A DNA stretch of 64,000 bases, taken from NCBI GenBank assembly GCA_951406725.2, contig OX597814.1, positions 24,862,001 to 24,926,000 on the forward strand, written 5' to 3'. The notes under the pieces are model-generated. The model ran no database searches and was not told where the DNA came from. It saw only the letters and a list, made by a program, of their open reading frames with translations. Positions 10,335 to 21,545 of the stretch are shown one piece after another. Source of the stretch: Octopus vulgaris (lineage: Eukaryota). Position 1 is the stretch's first letter; every line of letters starts with the position of its first letter. Position numbers and translations under genes: made by a program.

Positions 10335-10934
10335 TGAAGCCATAACCCGTGGCCCCTACCTGGGACGTAGTCAGTCCACCTGCGCATACCTTCCTCCTTG
10401 TGACACTTGTGAAGACCTGTTGAGGCAAGTGAAAATCAAAATCAAATCAAATCAAACCAAATAAAAATAGATGAACATCAATGGAATTTGTATCCTTGTG
10501 GGTGGCACATAAGAAAACCATCCGAACGTGACCGTAGCCAGTACCTCATCGACTGGCCTCCATGCTGTGGGCATGTAACAAACAACATCCGAGCGTGGCC
10601 GTTCGCCAGCCTCGTCTGGCACCTGTGTCGGTGGCACATAAGAAAACACCATCCGAGCGTGGCCGTCTGCCAGCCTCGTCTGGCACCTGTGTCGGTGGCA
10701 CATAAAAACACCATCCGAGCGTGGCCGTCTGCCAGCCTCGTCTGGCACCTGTGTCGGTGGCACATAAAATCACCCACTACACTCTCGGAGTGGTTGGCGT
10801 TAGGAAGGGCATCGAGCTGTAGAAACACTGCCAGATCTGACTGGCCTGGTGCAGCCTTCGAGGTTGCCAGACCCCAGTTGAACCGTCCAACCCATGCTAG
10901 AATGGAAAGCGGACGTTAAACGATGATGATGATA

Positions 10935-11094
10935 TGTAGGAGTAGCTGTGTGGTAAGTATCTTGCTTACAAACCACATGGTTCCAGGTTCAGTCCCATTG
11001 CATGGCACCTTGGGCAAGAGTCTTCTACTATAGCTTCAGGTCGACCAAAACTTTGTGAGTGAATTTGGTAGAAAGAAACAGAAAGAACCCCATC

Positions 11095-11132
<38 letters not shown>

Positions 11133-11360
11133 ATGTATGTAAGTGTATATGTTTGTGTGTCTGTGTTTGTCTCTCCCAACATCACTTGACAACTGATGCT
11201 GGTGTGTTTACATCCCCGTAACTTAACAGTTCAGCAAAAGAGACTAATAGAATAAGTACTAGGCTTACAAAGAATAAATCCTGAGGTTGATTTGCTCGAC
11301 TAAAGGCAGTGCTCCATCATGGCTGCAGTCAAATGACTGAAACAAGTAAAAGATTAAAAT
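10935..11360 (+). mobile_element. SINE type B, full length
   Basis: tRNA-like head (GCTGTGTGGTAAG...GGTTCAGTCCC), CORE-like GGCACCTTGGGCAAG, internal (TA)n/(TG)n, 3' end GACTGAAACAAGTAAAAGA. Multiple copies in the window. Confidence 0.9.
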
Positions 11361-11397
<37 letters not shown>

Positions 11398-11399
<2 letters not shown>

Positions 11400-11684
11400 T
11401 CATCTCATCGTGACTGACCAGACTATCAAATGTTGCTACACATCGCTGGTCACAATGCTCTTCGCATTGTTTTAGCCTTAAAATGACGCCACCCCACTGG
11501 CTAAGCAAGCAGGCCAACAGAAGAAAGAGTGAGAGAAAGTTGTAACGAAAGAGTACAGCAGGGACCACCACCACCCCTGCCAGAGCCTCGTGGAGCTTTA
11601 GGTGTTTTTGCTCAATAAACACTCATAACACCCGGTCTGGGAATCGAAACCGCAATCCTATGACCGTGAGTCCACTGCCCTAAC
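11398..11684 (-). mobile_element. tRNA-derived SINE type C
   Basis: Minus strand reads GTTAGGGCAGTGGACTCACGGTC...GGTTTCGATTCCC (B box), followed by a ~230-bp body ending in GATGAGATGATG. Confidence 0.75.
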
Positions 11685-11755
11685 AATATATATATCGTTT
11701 GTTTAGAAACACATAAAACCAGAGAAAAAGCACACTCTAAGGAGTTGAGCAGTCT

Positions 11756-12001
11756 ATATTTACTACTGTTGAAGGCCGGTTTATAGAGTTGCCCTGGGTT
11801 TTAAGACATAAAGGGTACCTTTATAGTATATCTTCAGACCTCAAGATCTGTTGCCCTATGGCCTCTTTAAAATATGGAGCAATATTTTAAAGAGGCCATA
11901 GGCCATCAGGTCTTAGGGTCTGAAGATATACTATAAAGGTACCCTTTATGGTGAGAAACCCAGAGTAACCCTATAAACCAGCCTTCTCCAGTAATAAATA
12001 T
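11756..12001. repeat. Gapless inverted repeat, 120-bp arms, 6-nt loop
   Basis: 11756-11875 versus the reverse complement of 11882-12001: 103/120 matches by manual alignment, no indels. Confidence 0.95.
11914..11973 (+). ncRNA. Type I hammerhead-ribozyme-like motif
   Basis: Stem I TAGGGT/ACCCTA; CTGAAGA 11920-11926; stem II TACTATAAAGG/CCTTTATGGTG; GAAA 11955-11958; C-ccaga-G; triplet GTA ending at 11967. There are extra nucleotides at the base of stem II. Confidence 0.6.
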
Positions 12002-12017
12002 TCATATATATACATAT

Positions 12018-12250
12018 ATGTGTGTGTGTATGTCTTTGTATCTGTGTTTTTGTCTTCCATGCCACGCCTTTGGCCACTGCTTGACAACCAGTGTTAGTGT
12101 GTTTGCATCCCCAAAACTTAGCAGTTCAGTAATAGCAACCAATAGAATAAGTACGAGGCTTTAAAAAAATCAGTCCTGGGATTGACTCAGTTGACTAAGT
12201 GCCCCAGTATGGCCATAGTCTAATGAGTGAAACAAGTAAAATAATAAAAG
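12018..12250 (+). mobile_element. SINE type B, 3' half
   Basis: GCTTGACAACC...ATAGAATAAGTAC...GAAACAAGTAAAATAATAAAAG; likely the continuation of 6737-6895. Confidence 0.8.
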
Positions 12251-12254
12251 AATA

Positions 12255-12440
12255 CCATGTAGGGAATCATATCACTGCATATTACAAAAATCAGTGAAAG
12301 ATACTATGCCATATTATATAAGATAATAAATCACATCATCTTCACATTTGTAGTTAATTATACCATATTATATTGTATGATGTATTATGCAACTATAGTT
12401 AAATGCAGTGAACTGTTTCACAATGTATCATATAAATAAG
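12255..12440. repeat. Degenerate ~31-32-bp minisatellite, piece 3
   Basis: GTAGGGAATCATATCACTGCATATTA and GTAGTTAATTATACCATATTATATTGTAT; same unit as pieces 1 and 2. Confidence 0.5.
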
Positions 12441-13454
12441 TGAGTTAGTTCATCCTGTTTTACCACTTGAGTAATAAGCCATCAAAGAAGTTTCTATGGA
12501 GTTGCTTGATCTGCTAGTAATAGCCACCAAACTTTAGTAAAAAATGGGTACATAAGATGTGAGCCTGAATATGCTGTATATGAAAAAACAAACCAAAGAA
12601 AAAATAGGTGTTTGTCACAGCTAGAATTCCTTTTGGTCTGCTTCATCAAAGCTGTTCTGGGGCTAAACAATAAGAGCAACTGCCTAAATATTGCCTGTAC
12701 CCTAGTGATATGATTACCTTTGCTCTGGTTACTCTATAGTCAACTAAATCAACCTCAGTACTTGACTGCATTTTATTTAATCAGCTTTGGTGTATACAAG
12801 GTGAATTCCCCACCACAACCACCTGCAAAGAAGAATTTGAACTCAGACCATAAAATCTGATAATTAAATAGCATAAAAGATTCTTTGCTATACTCTACCA
12901 TTTCTACTGGCTTTAGTGCCCAAAATAATATAATAAACATCACATAGAGTTGTAGCCACAGTAATTTACTGAAACAATATCTATGAATCATCATCATCAC
13001 CACATCATCATCACCATCATCCTCATCATCATCATCATCACCATCATCATTATCCTCATCCTCATCATCATTGTTGTTTTACATCTGCTTTCCATGTTGG
13101 CATGGGTTGGATGGGTTGCCATAATCAGAGTCTGCATATATTCAATAATAAACTGCATAGTCCTACACTGCAGAATATTATGCATACAAGATTCTGTCTT
13201 AGTTATAATGGTGTAACTGACATTATCAGACATTCTCTATCTCTTAAATAAGAAAATAAGAAAATAAAGAAAAAAAAGCATTTTTATTAATATAGATGTC
13301 ATTATGTACTTTCTTGTTGCATATTTTCATGGCAGCAAACTTAATTTAAACTTGACATGACTTAGCTCTAAAAAGTTGTTTTTTTTTTCTTCTTACTTAA
13401 GTTTTTCTTTCCTTCCCATTTTTTCTGCTACAAATATATTATTATTGTCTGCGA

Positions 13455-13547
13455 TTGTACACACATAAGCATATGTGTGTATGTGTGCGTGTGTGCATGT
13501 ATGTGTGTGTACCTACATATATATATGTGTGTATGTATATATGTATG

Positions 13548-13581
<34 letters not shown>

Positions 13582-13639
13582 TAGATAGATAGATAGATAC
13601 ATATATGTATTTGCATATATATGCATACATACATACATG

Positions 13640-13719
<80 letters not shown>

Positions 13720-13856
13720 ATACATTCATACATACATTCATACATACATATATACATACATACATGTCTGTGTGTATGTGTGCATGTGTGTACACACATG
13801 TATATATGTGCATGTATAAATACATGTGTGTGTGTGTGTACATATACACACACAGT
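13455..13856. repeat. Compound microsatellite (TG/TA/TAGA/TACA)
   Basis: Directly visible alternating dinucleotide and tetranucleotide tracts. Confidence 0.95.
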
Positions 13857-15760
13857 CACTCACTGATCTTTTCTGAATTATATAATATACATTTATAGTG
13901 CAATTTATTATGAATTGTCTTATGCAGTTTTTCTCTCTCTCTCTCTCTTTCTCCCTCTCTTTCTCTCTCCATCCCCTCTCTTTCTTTCTCTCCCTTCCCC
14001 CTCTCTCTCATACTGATTATAGATCAGTTAGTTTGTCTTTTTTTCCCTCTACCTGAGTGTTGTGAGCATGTGGTTAAATTTAAATATTTAAATTAGGAAA
14101 AAAAGAAAAAGCCAGCAGATGTAGACGCAGTGCAATCAATTTATTATTTTCATTCTATGTTCAATCCTTTCTGTGGATATGGGTTTGTCAGCTCTTTAAA
14201 TTGGAACTAAAATGTATTTTTGAATCACTGGAGTTTTACAGCTGGATGCTTTTCACAGCTGCCTCATTCTTTCTTGAAATAGGATTGGTATACGCTCCTT
14301 GTTACAATGTTTAAAGTACCTAGATTAAATTTATCTAACCTAAAGTTATAATACAACCTGTATAGAAAAATGGATTGTAATGGATATGCATGTCTTAAAA
14401 TAAGGATTATAAGCTTGTTAATTTACATAGCTTAGCCTCACTTAAAGCATTTGATGATCATAAGAAGTCTTCAAAGTTTTCAGTACAACATGAAATGTTT
14501 CTTGTAGCATCTTAAAGGGACAAGTTTAATGAAGTTTGTGACCACACTGGAATTTCAATTTAAGAAACAGGTTTACATATATATTTATATACATATCTGG
14601 CTAAGTTTTCATATTATATAGCAATAGACAATGAAATATTAAACAGTTCCTGTGTTTGTATGTACTTTACAGCATTTTTCTAATGTTATCAATGGAAGTG
14701 TGAATAGACTTCTATATAGTCATTGTATAATAAAACAAAAGTTTCTATTTATTTCTTTTCTTCTCAAACCATAAAATTTTCTTAATGTCTAAAGATTCTG
14801 AGATTTCAATTTGCTCACAAATACGTTGATTGCTTGTCATATTTTTCAAAAGAATGGAAACATTTTTTTTTCTTAAATTTCATTAGTGAGATTATACATT
14901 CATCCCAAAGAATACCCAAATTCTTTACCATTTAATCAGAAACATTATGCAAGTGCTTTAATGAATATTTCAATCAAAGAACCTGAACAAAAATATGCAA
15001 AAGTCTTTTATTTTTCTATATAAAAACAAAAAAACAACACAAAACGATAACCGATTTTTACAGACATTGTCACCTTCAATTACTGATTATTTGAAGCTTT
15101 AGATTTCAGACAAGAGAAGTCAGCCATTCTAACACCCACTCTTTTGATACTAGTCATACTACATTAGCCACATTGTCATCCTAAATTACACCTTTTATGT
15201 TTCATTGTCTCCTTTTCTAAGACTAGTCAGACTGCCTTATATTCTTCTTATCAAAGATTGGTTTTTATTTGGTTTAAATTTAAACTAACAAGCTGCCAAT
15301 CCAAATGAAATTCTTGTAAAATATTCTGTTAGAATATATTTGTTGTTATTGAAATTAATAGATTATTCATTACTTATGATGTATTGATTTATATGGGCAA
15401 TATTTATTGTACTTTTGAATTTTTTTCCTTTATATTGTTTCTGACCTTCATAAGAAATATTTTTTCCAGCCCTAGAATTCACTGACTGAATCTACACATT
15501 TTGAGAATATAAATGGATAATTTCAGCTACATAAAATTTTTTATACTACCTATTAATATAATCTTAAAACACTCTTAGTTTCTGAAATTAATGTAAAAAT
15601 TATGCATGAAGGCAAAAAATTAATTAATGGTACACATTAAATACAAGGATAGTAAGACTTCTTAAATTATATCAGGTTTCTTCCTCTGGTAAACATTTTT
15701 TATATGAAAGCACGAGTTAATGTGAATCATATTTTAAACTAATAAGCTATTTTTAATATA

Positions 15761-16170
15761 TCTTTTTATCTTTATTTGTTTCAGTTATTGGACTACTGTC
15801 ATGCTGGGGCACTGCCTTGGAATTTTAGTCAAAGCCTAGTATTTATTCTATCAGTCTCTTTTGCTGAACCACTAAGTTATGGAGATGTAAACACACTAAC
15901 ACTGATTGTCAAGTAGTGGGGGGGGGGGGGCAGACAGACACACATACACACACGCATGCACACACACAGGCACACACCCACATGCACACACACATGCACA
16001 TACACATATAGATATATGATGAGCTTCTTTCAGTTTCTGTCTACCAAATCCATTCACAAGGCTTTGATTGGTATGAGGATATAGTAGAAGACACTTGCCC
16101 AAGGTGCCACACAATAAGACTCAACCCAGAACCATATGATTTGGAAATAAATTCTCATCACATAGCTACA
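15761..16170 (-). mobile_element. SINE type B
   Basis: Reverse complement of 10935-11360, including ATAGTAGAAGACACTTGCCCAAGGTGCC and an internal (CA)n tract. Confidence 0.85.
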
Positions 16171-16479
16171 TTCAATTTCTATGATTATTGAGGTATTCAT
16201 AATTTCTCTACTACTAAAGAAATAATTGCTTAACATGACTTGTAAAAATGTAAATAATTATATGCCTAGTCACAATTTATATACATAACTGCTTCTGATT
16301 TAGATATAAGACAGCAGAATTAGGGGATGGGACAGTAGCTTATGTCATTGATTCCAGGAAGGATGAGAGACAAAAATTAACCTCAGTGTGAATTGAACTC
16401 GGAACATAAATACCTCAAGACACTTTGTCTAACAGCCTAGAAAATTTGCCAGCTCTCTGCTTCACAATGTATATACATT

Positions 16480-16679
16480 TGTTTACTCTAGGCACAAGGC
16501 CCGAAATTTTGGGGAAGGGGGCCAGTTGATTAGGTCGACCCCAGTATGCAGCTGGTACTTAATTTATCAACCCCAGAAGGATGAAAGACAAAGTTGACCT
16601 AGGCAGAATTTGAACTCAGAACGTAAAGACAGACAAAATACAGCTAAGCATTTCACCCAGCATGCCAATGTTTCTGCCA
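16480..16679 (-). mobile_element. SINE type A
   Basis: GGTACTTAATTTATCAACCCCAGAAGGATGAAAG...TTTGAACTCAGAACGTAA; a more degraded copy abuts it at ~16310-16462. Confidence 0.85.
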
Positions 16680-18659
16680 TAATGCTACAAGACTGACAAC
16701 TTGACAATTACTATCAGAGTACTGGTGTATTAATAGTACTCTTGTTTCATTGCTCACTGTACTGCAGTGACTCTACCAAGTATTTTGGAAGCTTGGGATG
16801 AGGATCTCACTGACTAGTTTCTTTGCTATATTGCTGAAATCTTTGTTGATGGTATGTCAATTTTCCATAAGAAGAAAGAAAAAATATCTAACATTAATGA
16901 CTATGGCAATGAACGGGGGGGAAAAATGTAACCCCATGCTAAAGCTATTGTAATTGTTACAATTATTTCAGAAAAAAGACTCTACATGGCCACTCCACCA
17001 TCTAGAAGTAACAATCAAATATCCTTTAAGTCACACTTCACTATCTCATTATCAGTAAAACATAGTTAATGTAATCCTATGTTTTCACCAAAAGAATATA
17101 AAGCTGAAAGCGCATGGATAATAGATCTGGTGAATAAAGGCAAATCTTGGAATTAAACAACACCAATAACAACATCACCAACACTATTCAGTCTTGAATA
17201 AATGATTGCAGTAAACATTGTCCTAATCGCAAATTATCTCACCATGTACAAATTAAAGGATTAAGACTAAGATATTTTAGATCTCATACACTAAGGTATA
17301 CGTGTTCAGTTTTCTCAGGCTTTTGGTGATGGTATGTAAAACCAGAGTAATTGATGCATTAGCATTTCATTTGAAGAGTAATGAATTCCTAATCCATCAT
17401 TGACACTGAGCTGTTCATTAGGTAATCTCTTGAACATTTCATGGTTCATTGATTTGCAGTAGAGTAGATAACGAGGCAGTAAAAAGATAAATAAATTCAG
17501 GAGAATCAAATTAACTGGGACGTTAACTTGTCATTTGATGATTTACAGCATGAAGGTAGAGCATTGGATAAATTGCTGTGAATATTTAGTCACAGCCCTT
17601 TATATTCTAAGTTCAAATACTGCAAAGATCAACTTTATCTTTCATCCTAGTGGTCAATAAAATAAAGTACTGGTCAAGTATTGGGGTTGATTTAATTGAT
17701 TATGCATGTCCCCAAATTTGTTGCCCTGTATCAATATTAGAATTCGTTATGAATAAATAGAACGAATCTCTCTTGTATTTAGCAACGTTTCATAGCTACC
17801 TGTAATAAGCAATCCTTTATCTTAAAGAGAGTCAACAATATCAACCGCCTAAGAACTTATCTTTATGATCCTGTGCTGATCAGCCAACAGAAATATAACT
17901 GCATTATGCTTAGTATACATCCATAGTTGTTTTACCTCAAAGTCAACTATACAAGAATGAATCATTAACATTAACTTAGGAGGAAAATGTAGAATCTCAA
18001 GTTCCCAAAAACACTACTTAATTTCACTAGGATAAATTTTACTAACCAATAAAATTTTACTAACCAATATCACTGGATATTATCTTTGAACACTTTTAGA
18101 TGCAGGTTTTAGAAATACAAAAATAGCAGGACTTTTTATTTGCTTTTTACCTCTGCTTTCTTCTTTCACCCATCAAGTAAATTGAATTTGACATTTTCAG
18201 AAGAGACAGCTTAAATTTTGTATCTTAGTTCATAGGAAAATTAAAATTTTGTGCTCAATATTAAAAGAAAATGTAATCAGATAGAGTATATTGTACTAAA
18301 ATTTCTTATGAAACTGATTTATTTTTAATGATTCATTTGTATGTAAGATAATGTCCATTTATGAAAGATAAACAAATGTTGAATATTTTGATTTAAAATG
18401 AGTTTGTAAGACTAATATTGCTGTCAGCTTAAGATGATAAAGTTCTGAAAAAAATTTGATTAGTTGGATTAACTACATGTCAGTATTTGTTATAGGTTCA
18501 AATCATAGTGTTAACTCCTTAGTAATCTGAGAAGGATAACTCAAAGTTTGCTTGAGTACTCACTGGAAGTAGCTGTAAAATCTTACCTGAAATGTATTGG
18601 AAAAAAGAAGTTGAACAAATGAATGAATGAATGATTGAATGGAGATATATTATAAATAT

Positions 18660-18890
18660 ATCATCATCATCATCATTTTACATCCGTTCTCTATGCTGGT
18701 ATGGGTTGGATAGCTTGACAGAAACTGACAAGGCCAGGGATCACCCCATGTTTATAGTCTGTTTTGGTACTTAGTTACTACAGCTGGATGTCCTTCCTAA
18801 TGTCAGATACTTAACAGAGTGTACTGGGTGCTTTTTACATGGCACTTTCACCAGTGCTTCTTATGTGGCACCAGTACCAGTTCTTTTCAC
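18660..18890 (-). mobile_element. RTE 3'-tail fragment, diverged
   Basis: (CAT)n, then ATGGGTTGGA...CAGCTGGATGTCCTTCCTAATG...GGGTGCTTTTTACATGGCAC. Confidence 0.7.
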
Positions 18891-18942
18891 GTGGAATACA
18901 CACACACATATGTATATATATGTATGTATGTATGTATATTCC

Positions 18943-19202
18943 TGGTGGTGTGTTGTGCCTCTATGCAAGACACTTTACTTCACATTTCTCCAGTCCACAC
19001 AGCTGGCAAAAATGAGTAGTATCTGTATTTCAAAAGGCCAACCTTGTTTCATTCTGTGTCATGTTGAATCTCTCTGAGAACTATACTAAAGGTATGCACG
19101 TCTCTGGAGTGCTCAGTTACTTGCAGGTTAATTTCCCTAGGTGGCTACCTTGTTGATTAGATCACCTGGAACCCTCATTGTTGTAATAAACAGAGCACCA
19201 GT

Positions 19203-19203
<1 letters not shown>
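18943..19203 (+). mobile_element. SINE body related to type D, head missing
   Basis: GCAAGACACTTTACTTCAC...CTCCAGTCCACACAGCTGGCAAAAATGAGTA matches ~59125-59177; the 3' part differs. Confidence 0.6.
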
Positions 19204-19261
<58 letters not shown>

Positions 19262-19639
19262 TACATATATATATATATAGAGAGAGAGAGACAGAGACAG
19301 ACAGACAGATAGATAGACAGATAGATAGATAGATATAGACAGACACACACACACACACATAAATATATACATGTTGGGCTTCTTTCAGTTTCCATCTACT
19401 ATATCCATTCTCAAGGCTTTGGTTGGCCTGAGGCGAGAGACACTTTCAAATGATATCATGTAAGGAGATCAAACTTAAAACCCTATGGTTCGCAAAGCAA
19501 GCTTTTCAACCACACAGATCCAAATAACATGTAGAATCCAAAAATGTATGTAGATGTGAATGCATAGACAAGTATGTGCAAGAATACACAGTGAAGGATT
19601 TCAATATATTTTATGTACTGGCAAGTGAATTTGTTTTGA

Positions 19640-19960
19640 GAGGCTTTGACTATTTCATGATATTCTATTGACAGAAAGTTTCAATTCACTTTCTTTCAAA
19701 GATGGAATGGGTCGTCCTGTATACTTCAGTAGTTTATTTGAAAGGTTTAGCAGTAATGGATTTTTCTGAGTTCAGGAATATCTGAGAGGGGCTTGGCATT
19801 AATGGTTTCTGTTAAGCCTATTGAATGCCTTTAGTGAGGTCAATGCTAATAATTTTCTGAAATTCAGATTTGGCTTGGTCAACCATGCTGTGAAACTCTA
19901 CTTTAATAGAAATTTGCTTGGAGGTCTCATGAATGCATCAGCTGGAGTGTCTGGATGTAA
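19640..19960 (-). mobile_element. Possible highly decayed LINE RT fragment
   Basis: Minus strand gives ISIDL/TKAFNRL across a frameshift (~19815-19855), resembling RT motif IDLxKAFD; little else is recognisable. Confidence 0.3.
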
Positions 19961-20743
19961 TTTACATAATTAGTAAATATTTATTAAATTTATCAAATAT
20001 AAATCTGAATGTGTACCTTATAGTGCTACATAGGAGTGACTTATATATGTATATTAGGTAAGAAAATATCTTAAATAAGGAACACACCAACCGTTTGATG
20101 AAAGGAAGACAACAAAATTAACTTCTATCTTCTCAATCTTGTCTAGAAATTGGTTTTGATAAGATGAAATATGAGGAAATACGGTGGCATCCTGTTACCA
20201 GAGACAAAGAAGTGGAAATATCTAATTTCTCTTGTCATGAAAACAAGCTGATACAGGAAATAAGAATTGTTAATAAAATTACTAAGTATAAAAAAGATAA
20301 TGATAAAGATGTCTATAAAATAAATCATCATTATCATCCTCATCCTCATCGTCGTCGTCGTCTTCGTCATCATCATCATCATCATCATCAACATTATCAT
20401 CAGTCGTAGTGGTGTTAATAATGATGATAGGGATGAGGTTGTAGTAATAATAGTATTGGTAGTCAAAGGAGAAGGAGGAGTTATAGTTGTAGTAGAAGTA
20501 GTATAAGGATTTCTTGCAATGCTAAAATTCATGCGTTGTCAGTTGAATTGCCCCTCCATATAATTCTAGTATACTTTTCTATTCCAATGGAATTTGAACT
20601 GTGTCAATGAATGCAACTAGGTCCTACTAAGTAGCATAAAAAATACTTGACCATGGGCTTCACATATATCAGTGCTCTACACTTTTCAACAGCCCTTTTA
20701 GCATTACAATGAAATTGAGACCCATGAGAGGGCTTTTTAATGA

Positions 20744-21545
20744 TCAAACCTGACAAGTTTCATTGTTACTTAGCAATTCATCAGGTTTCACTCACCTCCT
20801 CGACCCAAACTGTGTATGATAGAAACTAAATTCTACTTATTAAAACATAAACATGTTTCTTTTACTTTACTTAAAAACTTAATCAGGTTGAAAGATTAGC
20901 CTCAATGATCCTCTTGGTTTTAAGGGCCTCTGAGGCAGAGGAAAAGAAGATACTCCCTCAAATCTAAAACAAGTTTCATTTATTTAACAATTTATCAGCA
21001 TATTCTCATCTCTCCCCCAACAGAACAGACTTCGCTAAAAGACACCCAAGGACCAAGTTGCGGAGTTAAACCAGATGATGATTTAAGTCCACTATCCAAG
21101 AACACAGAACATAAAGAGCTGGGAATAAGATTTCTTGTTTGACACTACTCTGGCCTTGATTCAATTTAATTTTATTGACCCAGAATGGATGAAGTTGAAT
21201 TCGAATGGATTTGAACTCAGAGACCATAGAACAGGAACAAATACAACCAGAAGTTTTTCCCTTCTTAATCTTTTATTCTATTAAGCACAATTGATGTAAG
21301 GTTGACAGCAGAGATGATAATTGCTACAGTGGCAATACAGCAGGAGTTATGAATAACTATATAGGATTCATATCTCCATGGATTTAATCTTGCTGTAAAA
21401 TGAGGCCTGCAAGGGCCTATCCTGCAGCTAGGAATGAGAATCAAACTGACAAGTTTCATTTATTTAACAATTCATCAGTATGCTCTTACCTCTCCCCCAA
21501 ACTTCTGATGACAGTCAAGGAAGATTACTTATTAAAATGTAAATA
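20744..21545 (-). repeat. Three diverged copies of a 55-105-bp unit with hammerhead-core words
   Basis: Copies at ~20744-20850, 20969-21020 and 21440-21545 share ACAAGTTTCATT...CAATT(C/T)ATCAG...CCCAA. The minus strand reads CTGATGA-ATTG..(C)AAT-GAAAC-TT-GTC. Confidence 0.7.

Larger units (their letters stand above)
7387..10933 (+). mobile_element. RTE-clade non-LTR retrotransposon, 5'-truncated, near full ORF
   Basis: Single EN+RT frame with typical RTE motifs, a 3'UTR with a tandem array, and a (GAT)n tail at 10922-10933. The 5' end fuses to a (GA)n tract. No TSD seen. Confidence 0.97.

Noticed and set aside
10501-10775. CRISPR-like repeat-spacer appearance (also 6005-6170 and 60178-60273)
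   Set aside because: The spacers are homologous to each other, the context is eukaryotic and there are no cas genes; these are tandem repeats.
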